A stretch of 64,000 nucleotides of DNA from positions 16,985-80,984 of IMG/VR virus record IMGVR_UViG_2619619259_000001. One strand, 5' to 3'. This DNA comes from a virus (lineage: Duplodnaviria; Caudoviricetes). Position numbers and translations under genes: made by a program. Below the pieces are notes generated by a model. It searched no databases, was not told the DNA's origin, and was given only the letters and a program-made list of their open reading frames with translations. Positions 27,467-36,805 of the stretch are shown one piece after another (within the stretch, counting starts at the first letter, position 1; each line of letters starts with the position of its first letter).

Positions 27467-27880
27467 TTACTCTGAGTCGTCATTATTATAGTCATATAAT
27501 TCTCTAATAATGACTTTAGCATCAATCGCTACCTGTCTGATATCATCAATATTTTGCATATCGGCTATTTCATCTAAAACAGAATCTAGTCGAGAAATAG
27601 CTTCATTAATAAGTTCCGCATCGGCCTCTTTATCAATATCAGACTCATAACACATATCAATGCTAGGTAATGCATAGTCAACCCCTACTTCATCCAGTAA
27701 AGAGCGAATATCTTCTTCTAGCTCATTTTGGCTAACACCGGATAAAATTGATATATGTTGGCTCATGGTTGGTATACAACTAGGGTCATCGTAACTAACG
27801 CCGACTTTCTTCATTGCAATATCTAACGCATAGGCAAGTCTTGACCGATGAATAGAGGAAGTAGAGGTGTTGGTAGGCAT
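27467..27880 (-). CDS. Acidic hypothetical protein under C4-type control
   Basis: GGAG Shine-Dalgarno within the C4 target before ATG 27880 (MPTNTS). Confidence 0.6.
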   Translation of the reverse strand: MPTNTSTSSIHRSRLAYALDIAMKKVGVSYDDPSCIPTMSQHISILSGVSQNELEEDIRSLLDEVGVDYALPSIDMCYESDIDKEADAELINEAISRLDSVLDEIADMQNIDDIRQVAIDAKVIIRELYDYNNDDSE

Positions 27881-27938
27881 GTGATATTTATCTCCGATAA
27901 GTTGCATTCAGCCACCACAGAGTTGTCACACTGCTGGT

Positions 27939-28015
27939 GGTAGCCCAGACGGGGGTGACAAACCGGCCTTATCGGACACCGGCCAACCTTACGGTTGCCC
28001 CACCTGAGCCACCAT
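27939..28015 (-). ncRNA. C4/CI-type antisense RNA no. 2
   Basis: Same scaffold as 5636-5711; segments TCCGATAAG and TTGTCAC are complementary to targets at 27893-27929 and 28079-28087. Confidence 0.7.
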
Positions 28016-28256
28016 TGAGATGAGCGCAGTATTTGGCATGCGATTAAGTTAATCCTCGTATGCCTCGATAGGTTTCCCGGTTGTCACGCCAGGCTACAAA
28101 TTTAGTTGTAGCGCCCAGACGATAGACATGAATGCATTTTTGGTCAATGTTTATTTTCCTATTCATATTAATACGACATATATGCTAACGTCATTAAAAA
28201 CTAACCAAATGTTTAATTTTAATCATTAACCAACAAAAAATGAGAGAACATCGAAA

Positions 28257-29666
28257 ATGAACCAGAGTCAGATTCAATCAGAATTTGAAGATCTCATAAA
28301 AAATAATCCGTGGTGGTCACGGTTCGTTGGTTCGCAGTTTATACGAATGTTTATCGTGTTTATTGCACAAATGGTATATAGATGCATGCAATATGCATCG
28401 CGGTCGTTGCAAGAGGGTTTCATCAGCACTGCCAGCAAAAGATCATCAATTCTGGCTGCAGCGGAAGATCGCGGATATGTAGGTCGGCGCATATCGCCAT
28501 CGACAGGTATCGCTATACTAAAAAATCTTTCTGAGCGCGAGTTACAGCTCCCAATCTATACAAAGTTGCTATCTGATGATCAGCATCCATATATGATCAT
28601 GGATGCTATAGAGGTGCCTATTAATGAATCAAAAATCGTCGTAATCTCACAATTAGAAAAAATAACCATTACAAAAACAGTCACAAAAGAAGAAGAGTTT
28701 TTATCCGTAATTATTCCTATCGACATATCAGCCCTATGTCATCAACTCGATGTTTACGTCACGATTGATGGGATAAAAACTCAATGGAAAGAAACCCCTC
28801 AATTTCGATTAGCCAAAAACACCACTAAAGCCTACGTCCAATTTTATAAACCTACAGAACAGATAGGTATTAGATTTGGAGATGGTTCCATAGGAATGAT
28901 TCCCCCCGTTGATAGCATAATAACAATAGATGTTTGGTGTACCAGTGGAGATATTACCCTCGTTGATGGACAAAATCTCATCCCTATAGATGAATTTGAT
29001 TATCTAGCAAATAGTTTATCCATCATTACTAATGGACCAATAACTGGTGGCGCATCCGCCGAAACCACTGAGGAAACACGAAATCGAGCGCAATATTCTG
29101 TTGCGTATGACCATCAAGTTGTATGGGGTGGGGACTATACATATTTCCTGAGATCAAACATCGGTGGCATTACATGGTTGAAAGTTTGGGGGGAAAAGCA
29201 ACAGGAAGAGGCTACGGGGAAAAAAGACCTAGCTAATATTAATAATATATTTATCAGTGGTCACAAACCAACAAAAACTCAAGAGGAATTTGAGTCAGAG
29301 ATAAGGGGCGTTTTGCACTCAATACCCAATGATCTTAATAAAACATATACATATGTAAAAACAAATGAAAAACCATTCACGATAGAGATAACAGGAGTCG
29401 TGTCAGCCAGTCTTGTAATATCCGACGTTATAGTAAATATAAAAAAAGCATTAGAAATTCAGTTTGCTCGCGACTCAGAACGATTTGATAAAGATAAAGT
29501 GGGGAACTATCAAACAATCAAACTAAACGAACTATGGGCATTTGTTGATGAAATGAAACTGATCCCTGACTTCGATTTGGTCGCACATAATATGAGCAAA
29601 TCAAACGGACTTAATGATTTTGTCTATTTAGATGTCGAGAACTCTGTTTTTAACCTGCACTATTGA
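28257..29666 (+). CDS. Baseplate wedge protein (P1 BplA-like, gp6/J-like)
   Basis: FISTASKRSSILAAAEDRGY, IRFGDGSIG..P, ITGGA..ET.EE.R. Confidence 0.8.
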   Translation: MNQSQIQSEFEDLIKNNPWWSRFVGSQFIRMFIVFIAQMVYRCMQYASRSLQEGFISTASKRSSILAAAEDRGYVGRRISPSTGIAILKNLSERELQLPIYTKLLSDDQHPYMIMDAIEVPINESKIVVISQLEKITITKTVTKEEEFLSVIIPIDISALCHQLDVYVTIDGIKTQWKETPQFRLAKNTTKAYVQFYKPTEQIGIRFGDGSIGMIPPVDSIITIDVWCTSGDITLVDGQNLIPIDEFDYLANSLSIITNGPITGGASAETTEETRNRAQYSVAYDHQVVWGGDYTYFLRSNIGGITWLKVWGEKQQEEATGKKDLANINNIFISGHKPTKTQEEFESEIRGVLHSIPNDLNKTYTYVKTNEKPFTIEITGVVSASLVISDVIVNIKKALEIQFARDSERFDKDKVGNYQTIKLNELWAFVDEMKLIPDFDLVAHNMSKSNGLNDFVYLDVENSVFNLHY

Positions 29667-29676
29667 TGAGTAAATA

Positions 29677-31131
29677 ATGGAAAAAAACTGGTTCAAAGAA
29701 CGGCTAATTTCAGCAAAAAAAACATCGCCTTTATGGACAGAACTAGCAGATTCTATTGAGTCCATGATACGCAATAGGGTTGAGCCTCTACTAGAGCGAA
29801 TATCAAATAGAAAATCTATATTTACATTATCGGATGAAGATATCGATGTTCGAATAGAAGAACTGGGGCGCTTTTTTACTATTAGAACAAGCGACAGTAA
29901 GAGTAAAAAAATCCTTCTATCCCAACGATTAGATGAAATTCATTTCAAGGGAACAGATAGACCTATTGTTTCTACATTTTGGAGAGAATTTAAAAACTTA
30001 CCTGTTAGTTGGGAGCCTCTTTATGCCCCTATAGATCAAAATAAATACCCATATGGCTCAATCTTTATGAATGAGTCAGGGATGCAGGAGGCTAAAATTC
30101 AGTATGGGGAATTCTTCCTTACATCTAGAGGGGTCATCAACGTATCCCTGAATGACCTAATTGATGCATTCGGTACAACAGATCAAGCAACGTTAACTGA
30201 TAGCCTAATAGAGAAATTTGATCAAATCATCAAGCCTCTACTCCCATTGCATATTGTTTTTAATGGGGTAACACTATACCTAACTTTCTCAGCGAGAGAG
30301 AAGGATGAGGTTTTTACTTTAGATAAAATAATTACTTTTTTACCCATCAATGACCCAGTTCTCGAACGTCACGACAGGCTCACTCAAGGCCGACATGAGA
30401 TAACTAGTTATCATCAGGTATCTCCAGCACCCGATACTCATCTAATGTCAGGAATACGATTAGATGATCAACCAGCCGACAGTTGGATTTTAGATTACTC
30501 AACATCACCATGTTTTGCAGCCACAAACCAAACATTCGCAACGGACGTCTATAGGCCTGATACGGTCCATTCCAAGGCAATAGAAATGAATGACCGCCAT
30601 ATGGTAATGGACCTCAGTGATAATGCCATAGTGTCAAAACTAAATGTTGTTTATACATTAGATGTTAGCCCTGGGATAACTACCGATTATGGACCTCTTA
30701 TGCGGTTTGATGATATGCCTGCAGATTCATGGACTCAGGATTACGACGACAGGGCAAAATTTAGGGGGCTGGAACAATACCAAATCATTGATACATACGA
30801 AAAAAACCATCCAACCATTTCATTAATAGAATCATCTATTCAAAGAGACATTACTGACCAGCCAAGAGAAGCGATAATTATTGAAAAAATAGACTTCACT
30901 AAAGAGAAAATTATCCATTTAAAAGAGTCATTGTCTGAACCTCAGTTTTCATATACTAACGAAAAATTTATTTTTAAATCACCAATAATTGCTGAGAAAA
31001 ATGAATCTATAGCGATGGGGTTATTCAGTGAAATAGGAGTGTCACTAGTACATCGACTCCCGGAAGGGGATTTTGTACCTCGCTTTGACTGCTATTCATT
31101 GGATTTCATTATCGATATAGATAAGTCTTAA
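29677..31131 (+). CDS. Baseplate protein (P1 gp16-like) with repeated C-terminal modules
   Basis: QRLDEIHFKGT, FFLTSRG, KPLLPLHIVF; gene order. Confidence 0.65.
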   Translation: MEKNWFKERLISAKKTSPLWTELADSIESMIRNRVEPLLERISNRKSIFTLSDEDIDVRIEELGRFFTIRTSDSKSKKILLSQRLDEIHFKGTDRPIVSTFWREFKNLPVSWEPLYAPIDQNKYPYGSIFMNESGMQEAKIQYGEFFLTSRGVINVSLNDLIDAFGTTDQATLTDSLIEKFDQIIKPLLPLHIVFNGVTLYLTFSAREKDEVFTLDKIITFLPINDPVLERHDRLTQGRHEITSYHQVSPAPDTHLMSGIRLDDQPADSWILDYSTSPCFAATNQTFATDVYRPDTVHSKAIEMNDRHMVMDLSDNAIVSKLNVVYTLDVSPGITTDYGPLMRFDDMPADSWTQDYDDRAKFRGLEQYQIIDTYEKNHPTISLIESSIQRDITDQPREAIIIEKIDFTKEKIIHLKESLSEPQFSYTNEKFIFKSPIIAEKNESIAMGLFSEIGVSLVHRLPEGDFVPRFDCYSLDFIIDIDKS

Positions 31132-31134
31132 TTT

Positions 31135-31599
31135 ATGAGGTTAGAAATGACAACACTTAGAGCCAACACGACAGAAAACAGTAAGTTATACAAAGCTCAG
31201 ATCCTTGACTCTTATTACGAGCGCCGAGCAACATCATCTATCGGGGTTGGAGTCAGGTTTGAATTGAAAAAAGGATTTTTTGGAACGTCTTCATTAGTGA
31301 CTTCCAACCCTACAGGTGGTTGGGATATAGCAGATATACCAACCAATTTCAAAAATGGAGATCTAATCGGAAAATTTGCTGAATGCGACCTAATTCTTCA
31401 TTACAACGATGGGGTTATTACTGTCAGAGCTGAGTTGCAAGATAGTTCACTACCTGAAGGCGTCCCTTACAACTTTAATACGCTAACTATCATGGATGCC
31501 GAAAATAATGTTGTGACCGTTTTATGCTGCCAACAAGACACTCTATACAAAGGCAAAAACTTTGCAGCAATCCTCTCTATAGAAACGAAGGTCGCGTAA
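31135..31599 (+). CDS. Tail fibre-associated protein (P1 gpR-like)
   Basis: LYKAQILDSYYERRA, CCQQDTLY.GK; precedes the fibre gene. Confidence 0.6.
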   Translation: MRLEMTTLRANTTENSKLYKAQILDSYYERRATSSIGVGVRFELKKGFFGTSSLVTSNPTGGWDIADIPTNFKNGDLIGKFAECDLILHYNDGVITVRAELQDSSLPEGVPYNFNTLTIMDAENNVVTVLCCQQDTLYKGKNFAAILSIETKVA

Positions 31600-31603
31600 T
31601 AAT

Positions 31604-32713
31604 ATGGGAAATAAAAACCAAATAGTTGCAGCCTCAGTGAATACATTTCCAAGCACTGACACGCTGCCATTAGTTGCTGACGTGCAATACAGAGAACCAT
31701 TCACTTCTGGAGCGCTGAATCGAAAATTAAAAGGCATATTGCAGCCTGGCATATATAGCGGTTTTACCCCCACCCTCCCCGGGGGGATGGTTCTAAGAAT
31801 TGAGTCAGAACAAACTGAAGGTTCAGCGTCCGTCGACATTGGTCCATACCAGATAAGCATTCGCCAACAAAGTGCTATAGATTTAACACTAGCTGCTGGA
31901 ACTACTAACTTGGTGGTTCTTGAAGCTAATTACGCTCTTGGACAGGAAACCTATCAAGTTAACTCAAGTTCAAGCGTTCAAGCTGCCCAAATTAAAATAG
32001 CTGATAACAATGGATTAATGCATAACCAAATAGAACTATGCAAAGTCACAGTTCCAGCCGGTGTGACCGAACTAAATGGTTCTATGGTGGATATAACAGG
32101 GCGAATAAATAAAGCTATTGGTATAAGCCTTAGTTCATCATTTGATAGTTCAAATGAAAATATTGCTGCTAACTCTAATGCTGTAAAATTAGGGTTAGAA
32201 AGCATCATAGGTTCTGCACCTATTGACATGAATACATTAGAAAAGATAACTAAGGCTCTAGGTAATGACCCAGAGTTTATAACAAACATAACCAAAGAAT
32301 TAGCCGATAAATTATCCAAGTCAGAAAATGGTAACGATATTCCAAACAAAGACCTCTTTAGGAAAAACATTGGGTTAGGTGAAGCGGCAAAACTAGATGC
32401 TCCAACATTATTCACAAACGATAATGGATATGTCTCTTTTCCTCTATCTGGTCAATCGCTCATCATCCAATGGCGAGCAGTTCCCATTCTTCAAAACACA
32501 GGAGGAAATATGGCCTCCGTGATTGCAGTATGGCCTATCGCATTCCCGACAGCATGCCTAACTATTCTTCAGGCGTTAACTTATTCGATGGATTATTCGG
32601 GAAGTAGTTTTCCCCATTCCAGTGCCAGAATCTTAAATAACAGTCAATTTCAGGTGGCATCAGGTTACAGAGCATCTAAATCAACGGTCATTGTGTGGGG
32701 GATTGGATATTAA
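31604..32713 (+). CDS. Short tail fibre protein (P1 gpS-like N-terminus)
   Basis: LVADVQYREPFTSGALNRK, APIDMNTLEKI..ALGND, DIPNK..FRKNIGLG, LIIQW...WPIAFPTAC...WGIGY. Confidence 0.85.
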   Translation: MGNKNQIVAASVNTFPSTDTLPLVADVQYREPFTSGALNRKLKGILQPGIYSGFTPTLPGGMVLRIESEQTEGSASVDIGPYQISIRQQSAIDLTLAAGTTNLVVLEANYALGQETYQVNSSSSVQAAQIKIADNNGLMHNQIELCKVTVPAGVTELNGSMVDITGRINKAIGISLSSSFDSSNENIAANSNAVKLGLESIIGSAPIDMNTLEKITKALGNDPEFITNITKELADKLSKSENGNDIPNKDLFRKNIGLGEAAKLDAPTLFTNDNGYVSFPLSGQSLIIQWRAVPILQNTGGNMASVIAVWPIAFPTACLTILQALTYSMDYSGSSFPHSSARILNNSQFQVASGYRASKSTVIVWGIGY

Positions 32714-32752
32714 AAAATCCCCTCTCCTAGAGTAGAAAAAGGGGAGGGGAGA

Positions 32753-33238
32753 TTAATTATTTGGCCATGTAGGATACACATATCCGTTATTGGCAGCTTC
32801 AATGAGAATCCAGAGAGGGATGTCAGGTAATGGAATTAAAGGCCAACCTTCTTTTTCTGTCCATAATCTAAACTCTTGTCTAATATTTTTAAGTTCTATC
32901 GTCTCTTCGTCTGTTAGCAACTCATTATTTATAGAGTAATCAGAAACCATTAATTTATCTGTTGATATCAAAAAATTATCTCGATGGCTACGGGCTGCAC
33001 GGGAAATTTCATTCTTACTAGGGGCCGTTTCAACCACATCAATCCAACATGGATAACCAGATGAATCACTTCCGAGAACCTTCCCATTAGGTGGTACATT
33101 GCATGCAAATGTTTTGAATATATCTTCCGACACTTCGATTCCATCAGATGGCCACGTGCCACTGTCAATGTATAACTGTCTTATTGATAGCGGATAGAAC
33201 GTATTCCCTGATGGGCTAAATGCATATTCTAATTTCAT
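32753..33238 (-). CDS. Tail fibre assembly chaperone (Tfa/gpU-like), opposite orientation
   Basis: FSPS.N.FY, Y..SGTWPSDGIEV, PP.GK.LG.D..GYPCWID. Confidence 0.75.
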   Translation of the reverse strand: MKLEYAFSPSGNTFYPLSIRQLYIDSGTWPSDGIEVSEDIFKTFACNVPPNGKVLGSDSSGYPCWIDVVETAPSKNEISRAARSHRDNFLISTDKLMVSDYSINNELLTDEETIELKNIRQEFRLWTEKEGWPLIPLPDIPLWILIEAANNGYVYPTWPNN

Positions 33239-33500
33239 TTACTAATCCCTGACATTAAATTGTATTTCTAAGTTAGCAAAAGTGAACAGCAAATTAAAAA
33301 CCTGATCTTGATTTAGGGTGCGTAACAGCAAGATTAAGGTAGTGTTGGAAGGATCTCTCCAGCACTCACCAAATCAGAAAAAAAACAAGCAAGACGATTG
33401 CTTTCTAACTGTTATCTACAAACATTCTCCAGTTTGCCTCATAAACCAAACAACACTTTTGCTACTATCCCGCTAATCAATAATAAAACAGGGGGTATAC

Positions 33501-33809
33501 GTGCTGTCAGAAATCCCTCAGATAGTAACAGCTATTGCGCTATCTCTATTTAGCGGAATCGGTGTTTATCTGCATGAACGGCGAAATGGGCGAATCACAG
33601 GGGGGGCCACCGACTTCCTAACTGAGGTTTCTATAGCAATTACAGCAGGATTAATCGCACTGTATATAGGTCGATACGAGCGATGGGATGATGCGATCAT
33701 ATACCTCTCAATACTGGTTGCTAGCAATAACGGAGCGGAGATTATGGGCGCATTGAAGCAAAGAATATTAATGCTAGTCAGTACGATAGGGAATACTAAG
33801 GGGAAATAA
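33501..33809 (+). CDS. lydA: Holin (P1 LydA-like)
   Basis: Hydrophobic TM segments, ASNNG.EI motif; first gene of a dar-like operon. Confidence 0.7.
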   Translation: MLSEIPQIVTAIALSLFSGIGVYLHERRNGRITGGATDFLTEVSIAITAGLIALYIGRYERWDDAIIYLSILVASNNGAEIMGALKQRILMLVSTIGNTKGK

Positions 33810-33811
33810 AG

Positions 33812-34252
33812 ATGATTTCTGAAATATTATTAACAATCGGAGCCATCGCTGCAGTTGATAGATTCGCGTTAAGAAGAAAAAAAATCAAACTTGAGGGCAT
33901 TGGTTCGCATCAGGCAAGAAAAAAAGATTATCTCTTCCCAATCATTTTTAGTACTTACTCTACTCGGATTAGAGGGGCTCAGGTCGAATATCAATTAAAA
34001 GATGCCAATAATCCAACAACGGTCATAACTGGGAAAACTAGGACATTAGAATTCTCACACAAGGGGCTAAATAGCGAATTTTTATCTATTCCTAAATGCC
34101 TGATATCCAGCGAAGGCGACTGGGTTTTGCATGTGAAAATTACACATGGTGATTCACTATGGAATCCGTTCTATCGCGTATTCCCTATCGTATCTAAATC
34201 TCAGAAGCGTTATCACTTGGAAACGCCAAAAGAAGAGGCGTGTAAATGTTAA
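33812..34252 (+). CDS. lydB: Antiholin (P1 LydB-like)
   Basis: NPTTVITGK.RTL, NPFYRVFP; gene order. Confidence 0.65.
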   Translation: MISEILLTIGAIAAVDRFALRRKKIKLEGIGSHQARKKDYLFPIIFSTYSTRIRGAQVEYQLKDANNPTTVITGKTRTLEFSHKGLNSEFLSIPKCLISSEGDWVLHVKITHGDSLWNPFYRVFPIVSKSQKRYHLETPKEEACKC

Positions 34253-34878
34253 ATCCTCTACAGTCGAAAAATGGGCAAAACTATGTTGTTCTCGACTTTG
34301 ACCAGGTGAACGAAAAAGGCGTTAAAAAACTCACTGATGCTCTAATAAAAGAGAAGCGCCCTGTAGCCTCTATAGAGTCAACAAATAGATCATATCGAAA
34401 AGACGGCGTTGCCACAAAAAAAATAACGTTTCGTTTTGAGGATATGCAGGAGATGGAACTCCAAATCAATGATACTGGTGATATATCCAGCGTTAAACTT
34501 AATAAGAAGCAAATACCAGGACCGACAGCAAAAAACATTAATGAACTGGCATCCTATATCGCTAAAGCTGTAAAAAAAGCCGCCCCAGCATTTACAAAAA
34601 GTTTAGCTCAAAAACTTCGACGAGCGGTTGCCTCCAATACAGCCCAAAAGCGTCCAGCGACACGATCTAACGTACAACGATTGCAAGAATCAAAATCCTA
34701 TGTCGCATCATTAAAAACGGATTTAGACGAATTGCGGTCGCATGTAACTAAACAAGAAACGGTTCGCGCATCATTAGTTTCTGATATAGAAAAATGCCGT
34801 AGCCGACTAGCAGTAGAGCAAGCATTAACAAAAAGCCTACAAACAAAAATAACTAACTTAGAGGCTGAAAATGTTTAA
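34246..34878 (+). CDS. hdf: Hdf, DarA-related antirestriction accessory protein
   Basis: DFDQVNEKG.KKL, INDTGDISSVKLN, C-terminal coiled coil; gene order. Confidence 0.7.
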   Translation: MLNPLQSKNGQNYVVLDFDQVNEKGVKKLTDALIKEKRPVASIESTNRSYRKDGVATKKITFRFEDMQEMELQINDTGDISSVKLNKKQIPGPTAKNINELASYIAKAVKKAAPAFTKSLAQKLRRAVASNTAQKRPATRSNVQRLQESKSYVASLKTDLDELRSHVTKQETVRASLVSDIEKCRSRLAVEQALTKSLQTKITNLEAENV

Positions 34879-36376
34879 CAGCATTTCCTTAAGGGATTCC
34901 GTTTCAATTAACCAGAACATAGACCTACTGGCAAAGCCTCTCAGTGATCAGGAATGGGGCAACTTACAGGCTGATGAAAATAACGATTTCATCTTAGAGC
35001 CAGTTTCACTAGAAGAGTTAGAGTCTACCTATTTTTATGACACTCTTCTTCATCCGCTCAATAACGTGATGATGGAAGCGATAACCACCAGCAGAATGCG
35101 GATTAGTAAAACAATGCGAGCATTCATCCGAGCGCTAAATAATGGGCTCGGTGGCACAGGCATTGAGGCTGGCGTTATTGAGTCAACAGATCAAAACGCT
35201 CAGGTTATTGGTGGTGCCGAAATAGGCAGGGTACGAAAATCGAATGGACTCGCATTGTTGCCAGCAAGAATCCCTCTAACCGATGGTCAAAGCGTTTCTA
35301 TCATCTTTCATAGCCCTAGCGGTGACACCTCAAAAATAACCGCATCAGACACGCTAGTGGCGTTCCGCTTTCTTCTAAACAAGAGGGATGTCACTCACAT
35401 TGTAGCCCCTATGAAGGGCAGAGACATGTCTCTGCGTCAGGTTTGCCTGTCACTATCAAATGTCATTGAACGTAATAGTAAAAAGTTTCAACGCTCTCAA
35501 GATAAACAAAAAAAGTTACTATCTGACATTGATAAAAATCAGTCCGATGCTGAGTTATTAGAAAAACAACAATTAGAGTGGGTAGAAAAAGGCGATGAAT
35601 TAGCCTCATTTATAGAATCAGATGAGAGCAACTTGAAGGCTATTCAAAAACAGCTATCTCGCCAAGAAGCCGTAAATGAAAAGCTTCAAAGTCGGCTGGA
35701 TGAGTTACAGAAGGTAAGAAAAGACTCTGTTACTACTATGCCAAGCAAGATCCCCAGTAAAAACGCTCATCCATCATTGCCGGATATTACTGATACCATC
35801 AGAACCATCAGGAGTAATACTCAAATTGCAGGTAGTAGTAAGCTCTCAAATGGAGCGACAATTTCTATGCATACAGGAAGTAAAGCCGGTTCTTTAGTTG
35901 GGTTCGTTGAAGTTAAGGATGTTGATGGAAAAGTGTACCAACTCGAAAGTGAATCCATTCTGGGAAGTGATATGGAGGTCGCTCTCCGAAAACTGTTTAA
36001 GGCTTATAAAAATGGCAAGGCTAATAAATATATCCCTACACAAGAAATGTTAATTCCTAATAACAGATTGGACGAAGAAAAAGAGCCGCCAGTATCACCT
36101 ACTCAAAATTCCAATAATAGCGAAGATAAAAAAAACATGGCTGATGCGAACAATGAAGTTGATAGCCTCGCAACAAAAGCTCTTGAGTTTATTAAATCAG
36201 TATTAGATCTCAACACTGATGACATCAATGTTATTCGAGAAAAAAACAGTGGAATCCGTAATGCAATAGGCGCCTTAACTAACGCAGGGCAATACGAAGA
36301 AAATGAGGGACTGGTTAACCAAGCGGCAAAACATTTAGGTGATCTACTCGACCACCTTTTTAAGAAGGGGGCGTAA
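34871..36376 (+). CDS. darA: DarA antirestriction head protein
   Basis: IPLTDGQSVSIIFHSPSGD, FRFLLNKRDVTH.VAP..G.D; coiled coil. Confidence 0.75.
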   Translation: MFNSISLRDSVSINQNIDLLAKPLSDQEWGNLQADENNDFILEPVSLEELESTYFYDTLLHPLNNVMMEAITTSRMRISKTMRAFIRALNNGLGGTGIEAGVIESTDQNAQVIGGAEIGRVRKSNGLALLPARIPLTDGQSVSIIFHSPSGDTSKITASDTLVAFRFLLNKRDVTHIVAPMKGRDMSLRQVCLSLSNVIERNSKKFQRSQDKQKKLLSDIDKNQSDAELLEKQQLEWVEKGDELASFIESDESNLKAIQKQLSRQEAVNEKLQSRLDELQKVRKDSVTTMPSKIPSKNAHPSLPDITDTIRTIRSNTQIAGSSKLSNGATISMHTGSKAGSLVGFVEVKDVDGKVYQLESESILGSDMEVALRKLFKAYKNGKANKYIPTQEMLIPNNRLDEEKEPPVSPTQNSNNSEDKKNMADANNEVDSLATKALEFIKSVLDLNTDDINVIREKNSGIRNAIGALTNAGQYEENEGLVNQAAKHLGDLLDHLFKKGA

Positions 36377-36762
36377 TGGAACTCTCTGTATTAGAACGCT
36401 TGGATCTACAAGAAAAAGCAGCTGACTTATTAGGGCAAAGAAAGACGGCCTCTGGTTTAGATTTATTGGACGTGATCGACCAGCTGGCCAATGTAATGGA
36501 GAAGTTAGGTTACGGAATACAGAAGTCAGAAGCGCCAAAAGTTATAGAGCCAGAAATCCAAATAAACACAGAAAATGACATTCCAGAAATTGTCGTTAGG
36601 TTTAAGTCAGGGGAGTTTGTTGGCAGTAGAACAGATGACTTTATTTCTATATTAAAAACGTTAGATCCATTTACTCCTGCGTTCATCTCAATGGATGAGG
36701 TCATTTTGGGCGCCACTAGTTGGATGACGGCAAACGAGAAACTTATTCGGGTTGCAGCATAA
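36376..36762 (+). CDS. ddrA: DdrA-like protein
   Basis: MELSVLERLDL..; follows darA. Confidence 0.55.
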   Translation: MELSVLERLDLQEKAADLLGQRKTASGLDLLDVIDQLANVMEKLGYGIQKSEAPKVIEPEIQINTENDIPEIVVRFKSGEFVGSRTDDFISILKTLDPFTPAFISMDEVILGATSWMTANEKLIRVAA

Positions 36763-36805
36763 AGGCAGTCTTTAGCTAAAGGCGTAGCTGTTAGGACCAG
36801 TAAAA

